Source of the DNA: an uncultured Eubacteriales bacterium
Lineage (GTDB): Bacteria; Acidobacteriota; Aminicenantia; Aminicenantales; Aminicenantaceae
Length of the DNA stretch: 64,000 nucleotides
Direction of reading: 5' to 3'
Assembly (NCBI GenBank): GCA_964580235.1
Contig: CAZOJY010000002.1
Span: 12,994-76,993, forward strand
Shown: positions 18,956 to 28,012 of the stretch, piece by piece
Position numbering within the stretch: the first letter of the stretch is position 1
How the letters are laid out: each line of letters begins with the position of its first letter
The notes under the pieces: model-generated
The model's database searches: none
The model's input: the letters and a program-made list of their open reading frames with translations, nothing else
What the model was told of the DNA's origin: nothing
Translations under genes and position numbers: made by a program

Positions 18956-19459
18956 ATGAAGGATCGGAAAGGAGTCGTTTATTTTGTTCTGGCGGCTTTT
19001 TTTCTTTTTTTTGCCCTCCCTGCAGCCGCTGGTCATCCGATATCCCAGAAGAAAAAAAAGGGAGATATCAGCGTAACTTTCGGACCTGTCTCAAACACCG
19101 AAAACCTGCCTGGATCGATCGGGATTATAAAAACCATTGCCTGGCGTCCTCTCACTCAATGGATCTCCATAGGAGGCTGTGTGGGCATCGTCCAGAATGA
19201 GGTGCCCATAATGGCCAATCTAACCCTTAACATTCCCCTGAAATGGGTTGAACCATTTGCCACAGCAGGACTGGGAATAGACTTTCAGAACTTGAGTTCG
19301 GCAAAAAATTACGGTGGGGGCATAAAAATAAGAGTCACACAACGCGCTGCCGCTATTGTTGAATACAGAAACGTAAAAATTAATAATACGAGCAGATTAC
19401 ACAGCAAACACTCATTAAATCTGGAGTATATCGGAGCGGGAATCACCTATTATTTTTAA
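18956..19459 (+). CDS. small outer-membrane beta-barrel protein (OmpX/OmpW-like size class)
   Basis: Signal peptide (VYFVLAAFFLFFALPAAAG), alternating hydrophobic beta-strand pattern, and a C-terminal GAGITYYF ending in Phe, as in OMP beta-signals. Confidence 0.55.
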   Translation: MKDRKGVVYFVLAAFFLFFALPAAAGHPISQKKKKGDISVTFGPVSNTENLPGSIGIIKTIAWRPLTQWISIGGCVGIVQNEVPIMANLTLNIPLKWVEPFATAGLGIDFQNLSSAKNYGGGIKIRVTQRAAAIVEYRNVKINNTSRLHSKHSLNLEYIGAGITYYF

Positions 19460-19483
19460 AAAATCCAATCTCATAAAATTCGT

Positions 19484-20815
19484 TCAATGGGAAGGGGGCA
19501 AATTGGAAAGAAGTTTCTGGAATTGAGACCTTTTCATCATTTTTTTCATTTCAAAAAATTGTTTCAGCAGCTGATTGACTTCGGAAACAGGTCTGCCGCT
19601 TCCTCTCGCGATGCGAGCACGGCGGCTGCCGCCTACGATTTTAGGATTTTCCCTCTCGTTTACAGTCATGGAATTGATGATGGCTTCGAAATAGACGATT
19701 TTTTTGTCATCAATGCTCAAATTGGAGACATTTTTGAACATCCCTCCAGAGGGCAACATGTGGAGAAATTGGGATATTGACCCCATTTTTTTTAGCTGAA
19801 CGAGCTGTTTTTTAAAATCTTCCAGAGTGAATTCTTGTTTCCGGAGTTTCCGCGCAATCTCCTCAGCCTCCTTCACATCTGCTTGTTTCTCCGCTTTTTC
19901 AATCAGGGTGAGCATATCTCCCATGCCAAGTATGCGAGAGGCCATCCGTTCGGGATGAAAGACGTCCAGCTTATCGAATTTTTCCCCAACACCCACGAAC
20001 TTTATAGGTTTACCCGTAACAGAAACCATTGAGAGAGCCGCACCACCACGAGCGTCCCCATCGAGTTTCGTCAAAATGATGGCTGTCAACCCAATTTTAT
20101 CTCCAAATAGCTGGGCACTTTTCACCGCATCTTGCCCTGTCATCGAATCTCCGACAAAAATGACCTCTGCGGGTTCGAGGATGTCCTTGACCATCCGGAG
20201 CTCTTCCATCAGCTCTTCATCCACGTGAAGCCGCCCGGCTGTGTCTACAATCAGCGGATCATGGTGCCGAGTTTTGGCATGCAGGAGAACATCTTTCAGG
20301 GCCTTTTGTGGTGATGCCATCTGTTCTCTGGAGAGGGCATAAAAGGAGAGCTTGAGCTCATCGGCAATCATTTTCAATTGATCTTGGGCTGCGGGTCTTT
20401 TCAGGTCAAACGAAACCAGGAGAGGATTTTTTTGGAGGTTCCGTACCCAGCTGGCCAATTTTCCGCACGTTGTTGTTTTGCCCGAACCCTGAAGGCCGAC
20501 GAGCATGAACACAGAGGGAGGTAAACTTTGAAATTCCAATTTTTTAGCGCTCCGGCCCAAGATAGATGTTAGTTCATCACGGACGATTTTTATGACATGC
20601 TGGGCAGGAGTAAGACTATTGAGCACCTTTTGATCCAGAGCTCTTTCTTTGATTTTGGCCTCAAATTCTCTGACAACTTTGTAATTTACATCGGCCTCGA
20701 GTAGGGCCATGCGCAGCATTTTCAAAGCTTCAGACATGTTCCTCTCAGTGATTTTTCCCTCACCACGCAGGAATTTCATGACCTTCTGCAAGCGATTGGA
20801 TAACTGATCAAGCAT
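19484..20815 (-). CDS. ffh: signal recognition particle protein Ffh
   Basis: GLQGSGKTTTCGKLA, DTAGRLH, TKLDGDARGG and a Met-rich M domain (GMGDMLTLIEK...). Confidence 0.95.
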   Translation of the reverse strand: MLDQLSNRLQKVMKFLRGEGKITERNMSEALKMLRMALLEADVNYKVVREFEAKIKERALDQKVLNSLTPAQHVIKIVRDELTSILGRSAKKLEFQSLPPSVFMLVGLQGSGKTTTCGKLASWVRNLQKNPLLVSFDLKRPAAQDQLKMIADELKLSFYALSREQMASPQKALKDVLLHAKTRHHDPLIVDTAGRLHVDEELMEELRMVKDILEPAEVIFVGDSMTGQDAVKSAQLFGDKIGLTAIILTKLDGDARGGAALSMVSVTGKPIKFVGVGEKFDKLDVFHPERMASRILGMGDMLTLIEKAEKQADVKEAEEIARKLRKQEFTLEDFKKQLVQLKKMGSISQFLHMLPSGGMFKNVSNLSIDDKKIVYFEAIINSMTVNERENPKIVGGSRRARIARGSGRPVSEVNQLLKQFFEMKKMMKRSQFQKLLSNLPPSH

Positions 20816-20844
20816 TGTATTCTCTTTTCTTAAAGTGCATCCTT

Positions 20845-20874
20845 ATGCTAAGCGAAAGCCTCTTTGGAAGTCAA
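20845..20874 (-). promoter_or_regulatory. possible sigma-70-like promoter of ffh
   Basis: Minus strand: TTGACT (20874-20869), 18-nt spacer, TAGCAT (20850-20845). Confidence 0.3.
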
Positions 20875-20962
20875 CAGAAGAACAAAAGGGGAATTCAATT
20901 TATTTGTCCCCAGAATAAGTCACAAAAAGTGCTTCATGTCCGATCATCAGTCTGGTATGATT

Positions 20963-20977
20963 TGGCATGAAGTTTGC
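20963..20977 (+). promoter_or_regulatory. sigma-54 (-24/-12) promoter-like element
   Basis: TGGCATGAAGTTTGC: GG at 20964-65 and GC at 20976-77 with exact GG-N10-GC spacing. It matches TGGCACG-N4-TTGCW at all but one position. It lies about 25 nt upstream of ATG 21003. Confidence 0.5.
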
Positions 20978-21002
20978 TTGGTGAATAATGGGGGAGAAAA
21001 AA

Positions 21003-22583
21003 ATGACAAAATTCATATCAAAAATCTCTAGGACCGCATTGATCGCCTGTTTCTTGCTATCGACGTTTTATGCATTTATTCTCTATCCCTATCCATCGGA
21101 TAATATGCCTCAAGAAGAGGTCACCGTCGTCGCCGTCGAAATTCCTGTCCGTGTCCTTCACAAGGGGAAATTTGTGAGGAATCTGACCAGAGAAGATTTT
21201 GAAATCTATGAGAACGGCATCCTCCAGCCAATTACCGGGTTTGAAGTCCGGTCGAGAAGGATATCTCTTCCGGTCGATGTATCCACAGAAGAATTGAAGA
21301 TCTCACCTGAAAAACGGTTTTTTCTTCTCATTTTCAACATATTTGATTATCAAGACTATGTGGGAGAAGCCATCGATTATTTCTTCGCCAACACTTTCCG
21401 GAAAGGCGATCGGATCGTCATCCTTACAGAGGGAAATCTTTTTAATATAGAGACGGGGAAAGGCCCTACAGAGGTGGCTCAGGGCGTCAAGGACATGCTA
21501 AAAAAATTCAAAGTCATCTCGACCATGCAAATTCTCAGCGCCTACCAAAATCTGAGAAGTGAAGCCGACCGACTTATTCTTGCATTAATGGAAGCGGGCG
21601 GCCGGTCGATTCCTTGGGATCAAGCTATCCTTGCGTTCTATAGAAACTACGAAAGAATCTGGGTGGAATACAAGAAGCAGTTCATCACGCCAGATCTCGA
21701 GCTCTACCGGAGCATTATCAAAAGAATCAAAGCCGAAGAAGGGGAGAAATGGGCATTGTGTTTCCAGCAAAGGGATATGTTCCCTAAACTTAAAAATGAG
21801 GGGCGCCTTGAAAGACTCATCAGGGACAAAGTGGACACGCCGAGCGACAATCCTATGATAACGACTCAACAACGCAATGTCAGAAGCATGCAGATGCAAC
21901 TGCAAAGACTCTTCGATGTTTCAGGAGACATGCCTACCGGAGCACTGAAAAACCTCTTTATGGAAGCCAACATCACCTTCCATCTTCTCCTCTTGAAATC
22001 CCACAGGACATTGGTGGAAAAAGATTTTGAGTTGGGGGAAGTCAGCCAGGATTACGAGGATTACTTCCGCCAGATAAGTTATTCCACGGGAGGCCATACA
22101 GCTTTTTCCAACAAGGTCATAGAAGCCATGATCGAGGCATCCCAAACCGAAGACTATTATTATCTTCTGGTTTATTCTCCAAAAGAAGACCCCACAAAAA
22201 AGCCTTTGACCATCGATGTCAAAGTGAACCAGAAAGGTGTTGATATCATCCACCTCAAACATTTTCTCAGGGAAAAAGTCCTCCCCATCTCCATCGTCCA
22301 TTTCGATTCCGGCCGGAAAACCATCAAATTCTCCCTCATCAATTACCAGAGGATCAAGATGGAAGACAAGCAAGCGGGAATCGCTCAGGTTCAAATTACC
22401 CTATTCGATAAAGATTCGAACAAGGTCTTTGAGGATGCCAAAGTCCTTCAACTCATCAAAGACCAGACCCATATTTCTATTCCTTTCAGTCAGCTCAAGT
22501 CCGGCTCCTACTTCATTATCATTCAGGTGATCGATAAGATCACCAACAGCGTGGACGTCTTCTCCAAGCAGATAAAGCTTTAG
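21003..22583 (+). CDS. VWFA-related domain protein (membrane-anchored or secreted)
   Basis: N-terminal hydrophobic segment, then EVTVVAVEIPVRVLHKGKFVRNLTREDFEIYENGILQPITGFEV. This resembles the N-terminal module of the VWFA-related 'acidobacterial' domain family as I remember it. ATG 21003 has a GGGGAG Shine-Dalgarno (20991-96). The alternative ATG at 20988 would sit at the predicted sigma-54 transcription start. Confidence 0.5.
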   Translation: MTKFISKISRTALIACFLLSTFYAFILYPYPSDNMPQEEVTVVAVEIPVRVLHKGKFVRNLTREDFEIYENGILQPITGFEVRSRRISLPVDVSTEELKISPEKRFFLLIFNIFDYQDYVGEAIDYFFANTFRKGDRIVILTEGNLFNIETGKGPTEVAQGVKDMLKKFKVISTMQILSAYQNLRSEADRLILALMEAGGRSIPWDQAILAFYRNYERIWVEYKKQFITPDLELYRSIIKRIKAEEGEKWALCFQQRDMFPKLKNEGRLERLIRDKVDTPSDNPMITTQQRNVRSMQMQLQRLFDVSGDMPTGALKNLFMEANITFHLLLLKSHRTLVEKDFELGEVSQDYEDYFRQISYSTGGHTAFSNKVIEAMIEASQTEDYYYLLVYSPKEDPTKKPLTIDVKVNQKGVDIIHLKHFLREKVLPISIVHFDSGRKTIKFSLINYQRIKMEDKQAGIAQVQITLFDKDSNKVFEDAKVLQLIKDQTHISIPFSQLKSGSYFIIIQVIDKITNSVDVFSKQIKL

Positions 22584-22740
22584 GTTTTTCCTTGTTTTCA
22601 AATTCAGGCAATCGAGCCGAAATTGATGAAAAATGATCATTGGAGGAGGGTGTTAAGCGACACGGGTGCAAAACCATTCCTAAAAGCCAAATTAAAGGCC
22701 TTTTGTTTTGGCATCACGGAAATAGAGCTGCTGACGCCTC

Positions 22741-22769
22741 TTGACATTTATTCCCATTGTGATTAAGGT
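22741..22769 (+). promoter_or_regulatory. possible sigma-70-like promoter of accBC
   Basis: TTGACA (22741-46), 17-nt spacer, TAAGGT (22764-69). Confidence 0.3.
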
Positions 22770-22806
22770 ATATCTACTTTTTTCAAAGCCTTTTGAGGTG
22801 AATAAG

Positions 22807-23274
22807 ATGAAATCCAAGATAGATTATAAAGAAATCCTCAAGATTATCGATTTATTGGAAGAACGGAACCTATCGGCTTTTGAGCTGGAAATCGAAGGAT
22901 TCAAAATAAAAATCAACCGCGTTCAATCCCCGACTGTTACCTCGGAATCCCCAACATCTTCCTTCTATCCCTCAGGAATTGAAAACAGCCCAAGTGCTGT
23001 TGCGCCGGAATCGAGAGGAAACAAAAACAATCTACATTACATCACTTCACCAATGGTTGGAACATTTTACAGGGCTTCCGACCCCTCATCTCCCCCGTTT
23101 ATCGAGATCGGTGAGAATGTTCAAAAAAATCAGACTTTGTGTATCATAGAAGCCATGAAACTGATGAATGAAATCGAATCTGACATCGACGGCGTTTTGG
23201 AAGATATCTACGTACAGAACGGAAAACCCGTAGAATACGGAAAGAAGTTGTTCGCTATCAAACCGGAAAAATAA
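22807..23274 (+). CDS. accB: acetyl-CoA carboxylase biotin carboxyl carrier protein
   Basis: Biotinylation motif CIIEAMKLMNEIESD with a Pro/Ser/Ala-rich linker. ATG 22807 is preceded by GAGGTG. Confidence 0.9.
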   Translation: MKSKIDYKEILKIIDLLEERNLSAFELEIEGFKIKINRVQSPTVTSESPTSSFYPSGIENSPSAVAPESRGNKNNLHYITSPMVGTFYRASDPSSPPFIEIGENVQKNQTLCIIEAMKLMNEIESDIDGVLEDIYVQNGKPVEYGKKLFAIKPEK

Positions 23275-23280
23275 CCACGC

Positions 23281-24642
23281 ATGTTTTCAAAAATACTCGT
23301 TGCCAATAGAGGGGAAATTGCTCTGCGCATCATCCGCTCAGCAAAAGAACTGGGCATAAAAACAGTGGCTGTTTATTCTGAACCGGATAAGAGCTCTCTC
23401 CATAGCATACTCGCAGACGAAAAGCTCTGTATAGGGCCGGGAAAAGCGGCGGAAAGTTACCTCAGCATCCCGAATATCATGAGTGCCGCAGAAATAACAA
23501 AAGCCGATGCCATCCATCCGGGATATGGATTCCTTGCGGAAAATCCTCGTTTTCCTGAAATCTGCGAATCTTCGGGAATCACATTCATTGGTCCCCCTTC
23601 TTTTATTATGCGCCTAATGGGCGACAAAAACAAAGCTCGCCAGGCCATGAAAAGGGCTAAGTTACCGATCATTCCTGGAAGCGACCGCGTCATCGATGAT
23701 TTGAATGACGCCAATAAAATTGCGGAAAAAATCGGTTATCCGGTCATCTTAAAAGCTGCATCCGGGGGGGGAGGCAAAGGAATGCGGATTGTTCAATCTC
23801 CAGCAAAACTGGAAGAACAATTTGCGATTGCTCAGAGCGAAGCTAAAGCCGCATTTGGAGACTCTTCCCTGTATCTAGAAAAATACTTTGAAACTGCGCG
23901 GCATATCGAAATTCAAGTGATCGGCGATCAAAAAGGAAATGTGATGGCCTTTGCCGAGAGAGAATGTTCCATTCAACGTAAACATCAAAAACTGGTGGAA
24001 GAGACGCCATCCCCTTTTGTAGACGAAAGATTTCGGAGAAAAATCACCAGGGCAGTCGAAGAGGCCGCTCACTCTATTGGCTATCAAAGTCTGGGGACTT
24101 TCGAATTCCTGGTGGATGCAAAGAAAAGATATTATTTTATGGAAGCAAATACACGCGTTCAGGTCGAACATCCCATCACTGAGATGGGGTACGGTATCGA
24201 TCTTATCCGAGAACAAATCGCATTAGCCACGGGAGAAAAGCTCTCATTTTCCCATGATCTGGAAATCAGCGGACACTGCTTCGAGTGCCGCATAAATGCA
24301 GAAGATGCAAAGACATTCCTTCCCTCACCGGGTAAAATTGACTTTCTGGTCCTGCCTGGAGGCGCCGGTATCCGCGTTGATACAGCCGCATACTGCGGGT
24401 GGAATATTCCCCCAGACTACGACTCCTTGATAGCCAAGGTTTTAGCCAAAGCTCCAAATCGAATGGAAGCCATCAGCAAAATGCGAACAGCCCTCGAAAT
24501 GACCACTGTTGTCGGCATCAAAACGAACATCCCTCTCCACTTAGAACTTCTATCCAACTCAGATTTTATCCAGGGGAATTATGACATCCAGTTTATGGAA
24601 AGGGGCCTCACAAACAGCAAGAGACAAAAGCCTAAAAAGTAA
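23281..24642 (+). CDS. accC: acetyl-CoA carboxylase biotin carboxylase subunit
   Basis: MFSKILVANRGEIALRIIR, ATP-grasp GGGGKGMRIV, and EMNTR-type FMEANTRVQVEHPITE. Confidence 0.95.
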   Translation: MFSKILVANRGEIALRIIRSAKELGIKTVAVYSEPDKSSLHSILADEKLCIGPGKAAESYLSIPNIMSAAEITKADAIHPGYGFLAENPRFPEICESSGITFIGPPSFIMRLMGDKNKARQAMKRAKLPIIPGSDRVIDDLNDANKIAEKIGYPVILKAASGGGGKGMRIVQSPAKLEEQFAIAQSEAKAAFGDSSLYLEKYFETARHIEIQVIGDQKGNVMAFAERECSIQRKHQKLVEETPSPFVDERFRRKITRAVEEAAHSIGYQSLGTFEFLVDAKKRYYFMEANTRVQVEHPITEMGYGIDLIREQIALATGEKLSFSHDLEISGHCFECRINAEDAKTFLPSPGKIDFLVLPGGAGIRVDTAAYCGWNIPPDYDSLIAKVLAKAPNRMEAISKMRTALEMTTVVGIKTNIPLHLELLSNSDFIQGNYDIQFMERGLTNSKRQKPKK

Positions 24643-24648
24643 TCCGCT

Positions 24649-25179
24649 CTACTGCCGCTCGTTTGCATATATCAAAACATGAAACACGCCTTCATTGTCG
24701 ACAACGAGATTCTCATTGATACCCAGGTAGAGACGTCCATCCATCGGAATTGTTATTCTGTTGGATGATCCGATATAAAAAATTTCTTCTTTTTCGTTGC
24801 GAATCTCTTCTCCTGTCTCCTCGTCAACTTCCACCGATATCAGGAAATACACCTTCCCGATCAATGCTCCGATGTTCTGATCCTGAATAGGTTGTTGAAG
24901 CGACTGATAGTTATACCCGTCGGGCCCACAGTAAGTAACAGGATTCCCTCTCTGGAGAGAAATCTGGCCACCAGCCCGAAAAAAGATTTCCTGTCCTTCA
25001 AAAACATCCAGGCCGGTGTCGGTCCAATCCACATTACTCATGACAGAAATTTCCAGCCCTTTTTGTTTTCCAATAACCTGGCTAGCAAATCCCCGTATTT
25101 CGATATAAAAACAGAGGAAAGCAACAAGAATAAAAAAATATAAGATTTTGATAGATACTATTTTCATCCGCATCCTCAA
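24649..25179 (-). CDS. secreted hypothetical protein, possibly with a PA-IL/LecA-like lectin fold
   Basis: Signal or anchor peptide. WTDTGLDVFEGQEIFFRAGGQ...CGPDGY...GALIGKV...GRLYLGINENLVVDNEGVFHVLI resembles the PA-IL-like pattern. The start overlaps the IMPase stop. Confidence 0.4.
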   Translation of the reverse strand: MRMRMKIVSIKILYFFILVAFLCFYIEIRGFASQVIGKQKGLEISVMSNVDWTDTGLDVFEGQEIFFRAGGQISLQRGNPVTYCGPDGYNYQSLQQPIQDQNIGALIGKVYFLISVEVDEETGEEIRNEKEEIFYIGSSNRITIPMDGRLYLGINENLVVDNEGVFHVLIYANERQ

Positions 25180-25970
25180 TCCTCCGTCTCTGTTCCTAGG
25201 TGCAGAACATTCAGCATCTGCTTATGGATCAAACCGTTTGTACCCAGAGTTTCAAGGCCGTGTATACTAAATTCCTGATTCTTAAAATCAGAGAGATGAC
25301 CGCCTGCCTCCTGGACAATAAGCGCTGCTGCCGCTACATCCCAAGGTTTCAGTTTTAATTCCCAAAACCCGTCAAACCTCCCGCAGGCAACATAACAAAG
25401 ATCCAAAGCAGCTGATCCGCAGCGCCGGATAGCCTGGGCTCTGGTCACGAAATTGTTAAAATGGGCAATGTTGTTTTCTGCGCTCTTTCGTAAATCATAC
25501 GGAAATCCTGTCGCCAGAAGGCTCTTATCCAAATCATCAACAAGCGAAACCTTGATTCTCTTCCCATTTAAAAACGCCCCACCTTTCTTTATTCCAGAAA
25601 AAGTTTCATCACGCATGGGGTCATGGACCACGCCGCAAACAACATGTCCTCTCCATTCCAAAGCAATCGAGACACTAAAAAAAGGAAATTTGTGGGCATA
25701 ATTCGTTGTTCCGTCCAGTGGATCAAATATCCAGCAAAATTCTCCCTCCTTTTCTCTGTTAAGGCCTTCTTCGGCCACAAAATCATGTTCCGGGAAATTT
25801 TTCGCAAGGCAATCATATATCATTTGCTGGGATTGATTATCGAAATTTGTGACAAGATCGACTTCCCCCTTATAAATTATTTCTCTAGGAGCATTTAAGT
25901 TTTCTCTGAGCATATGGCCGGCTTCCCGGGCTGCTTCCACAGCCACTTTGAGATAAAGTTCGTTTTCCAT
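25176..25970 (-). CDS. suhB: inositol monophosphatase family protein (SuhB-like)
   Basis: FVAEEG, WIFDPLDGTTNY and GSAALDLCYVACGRFDGFWE motifs. Confidence 0.85.
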   Translation of the reverse strand: MENELYLKVAVEAAREAGHMLRENLNAPREIIYKGEVDLVTNFDNQSQQMIYDCLAKNFPEHDFVAEEGLNREKEGEFCWIFDPLDGTTNYAHKFPFFSVSIALEWRGHVVCGVVHDPMRDETFSGIKKGGAFLNGKRIKVSLVDDLDKSLLATGFPYDLRKSAENNIAHFNNFVTRAQAIRRCGSAALDLCYVACGRFDGFWELKLKPWDVAAAALIVQEAGGHLSDFKNQEFSIHGLETLGTNGLIHKQMLNVLHLGTETED

Positions 25971-26006
25971 TGTTTCTCCATATTAGCAACTCCGCTTAAT
26001 TTGGGC

Positions 26007-26026
26007 AAGGCAAAACCCTTTGCCTT
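26007..26026. repeat. perfect 8-bp inverted repeat (AAGGCAAA-ACCC-TTTGCCTT) in the divergent IMPase/adaptor intergenic region
   Basis: Read directly from the sequence. A consensus TATAAT follows at 26037-26042. Confidence 0.3.
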
Positions 26027-26069
26027 TTCCCCCGTACTATAATATGATATTCAACGTTCAAAGGAACAT

Positions 26070-27296
26070 TTGATGACCGAAAATAAAGGGTTCTTTCGCA
26101 GGCGAAAAAAGGTCATTCTATTTTTCGCGGTCATTGCAGTGATCGCAGTTATCATTTTATTCAACCTTCAATCCCAACGAGAAAAAAGCATAAAAGTTTC
26201 GGTCAAAAAGGTTGAAAAGCACAATCTGACTTCCACCATTTCGGCTTCAGGGGAAGTAAAACCGAAAAAAAACGTCAACATCAGTTCGCAAATTGCGGGA
26301 AGGGTCATCAAAATCGGTGTGGAAGAGGGACAACAAGTCAAGGCCGGTGATTTCCTTCTCAAGCTGGAGTCCACACAGTATGAAGCCAATGCCGAAAGGG
26401 ACCGTGCACGAATTCAGTCTATGAGGGCCGACCAGATTCGAGCGGAAGCTGTGAAGAAAAGAGATGACGGTTTTTATCAACGTCAGATAAAGTTGTTTGA
26501 TGCAGATTTGATATCGACCGAGAAACTGGAATCAGCAAAAGCGGACTACGAAATATCCAAAGCGAATTACGATGCCATTCTCTTCCAAATAAAACAAGCC
26601 CAGGCTTCCCTACAAAGCACATTGGATATCCTAAAAAAGACAGAATATTACGCTCCAATTGATGGAATCATCACCAGCCTCAGGGTCGAAGAGGGAGAAA
26701 CCGCACTCGTAGGCACGATGAATAATCCAGGCACCGTCTTGATGACCATTGCAGACTTATCGGTGATGGAAGTCGAGGTTGAAGTCGATGAGACCGACGT
26801 CGTCGGAGTCAGGATCGGACAGCCATCAGAGGTCAAAATCGATGCATACCCGGAGCAAACCATTAAAGGGACGGTCACAGAAGTCGGAAGCTCCGCCCTC
26901 CAAACAGGGGTCGTCTCGGATGAATCCAAAGACTTTAAGGTGGTTGTCACCCTGGAAAATCCCCCGGCTGATTTAAAACCTGGGCTTTCGGCTTCGGCAG
27001 ATATTATCATCGCCAAAAAAGAAAATGTTCTGGCTGTTCCGATTTCCGCCCTTGTCTTAAAAGAAAAAATCACAGACGACAAGAATGCCGAAAAAGAACA
27101 GGAAGAAGGCGTGTATTCCGTCCGAGAAAGCCGGGTAAAGTTTATTCCAGTGAAAAAAGGGATCATGGGCGAATTGATGATCGAAATCATGTCTGGACTC
27201 GAAGAGGGTCAGGATGTAGTTGTAGGCCCTTACAGCGCCCTCCGCCTTTTGAAAGATGATGCACTGATAAAAGTCGAAGAAAAAAAAGAAGAATGA
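26070..27296 (+). CDS. efflux transporter periplasmic adaptor (HlyD/MacA family)
   Basis: N-terminal anchor, biotinyl-lipoyl-like hairpin ([25 protein letters not shown]), long coiled-coil, [11 protein letters not shown], and a beta-barrel region. The start may be ATG 26073. Confidence 0.8.
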   Translation: MMTENKGFFRRRKKVILFFAVIAVIAVIILFNLQSQREKSIKVSVKKVEKHNLTSTISASGEVKPKKNVNISSQIAGRVIKIGVEEGQQVKAGDFLLKLESTQYEANAERDRARIQSMRADQIRAEAVKKRDDGFYQRQIKLFDADLISTEKLESAKADYEISKANYDAILFQIKQAQASLQSTLDILKKTEYYAPIDGIITSLRVEEGETALVGTMNNPGTVLMTIADLSVMEVEVEVDETDVVGVRIGQPSEVKIDAYPEQTIKGTVTEVGSSALQTGVVSDESKDFKVVVTLENPPADLKPGLSASADIIIAKKENVLAVPISALVLKEKITDDKNAEKEQEEGVYSVRESRVKFIPVKKGIMGELMIEIMSGLEEGQDVVVGPYSALRLLKDDALIKVEEKKEE

Positions 27297-28012
27297 CCAT
27301 TCCCCATGATGATATAATCATTACCGCTGAAGACCTTTGGAAAATCTATCAGCTAGGAAAACAAGAAGTCAAGGCCCTATGCGGAGTTTCGTTTACGGTC
27401 AAACGGAATGAATTAATGGCCATCATGGGACCATCCGGATCTGGAAAATCAACGCTGATGAACCTTATTGGATGCCTGGATACTCCCACCAAAGGAAAGT
27501 ATCAGCTCAATGGAAGATTGGTCAGTGAAATGAGTGAAAATGAACTGGCTTTTATCCGCAACCAAGAAATCGGATTTGTTTTCCAGGTGTTTAATCTGCT
27601 TCCCAGGGCCACAACTTTCCACAATGTCGAACTTCCCCTCATTTACAAAGGTGCCAGCAAAAAAGAACGCACTGAAAAAACTCACAAAGCCCTGGAAAAG
27701 GTGGAGATGGACCACAGGAAAAACCATCGGCCCTCAGAACTCTCTGGAGGAGAAAGACAGCGGGTGGCTATTGCCCGTGCATTGGTGAACGAACCTTCTC
27801 TGCTTTTGGCTGATGAACCCACCGGAAACCTGGACTCTAAAACAGGCTATGAAATACTGAATCTTTTTCGCAAAATCCACTCGCAAGGAAACACCATCAT
27901 CATGGTTACTCATGATGCGGAAATCGCCCATCAGGCGCAGAGGATCATTACTATCCGAGACGGAAGAATCGAAAAGGAGAAAAGAAGGGGAGAGCGAAAT
28001 GACATTTTTTAG
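27293..28012 (+). CDS. ABC transporter ATP-binding protein, MacB/LolD/FtsE type (no fused permease)
   Basis: Walker [10 protein letters not shown], signature [15 protein letters not shown], Walker [13 protein letters not shown], and H-loop MVTHD. Confidence 0.9.
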   Translation: MTIPHDDIIITAEDLWKIYQLGKQEVKALCGVSFTVKRNELMAIMGPSGSGKSTLMNLIGCLDTPTKGKYQLNGRLVSEMSENELAFIRNQEIGFVFQVFNLLPRATTFHNVELPLIYKGASKKERTEKTHKALEKVEMDHRKNHRPSELSGGERQRVAIARALVNEPSLLLADEPTGNLDSKTGYEILNLFRKIHSQGNTIIMVTHDAEIAHQAQRIITIRDGRIEKEKRRGERNDIF

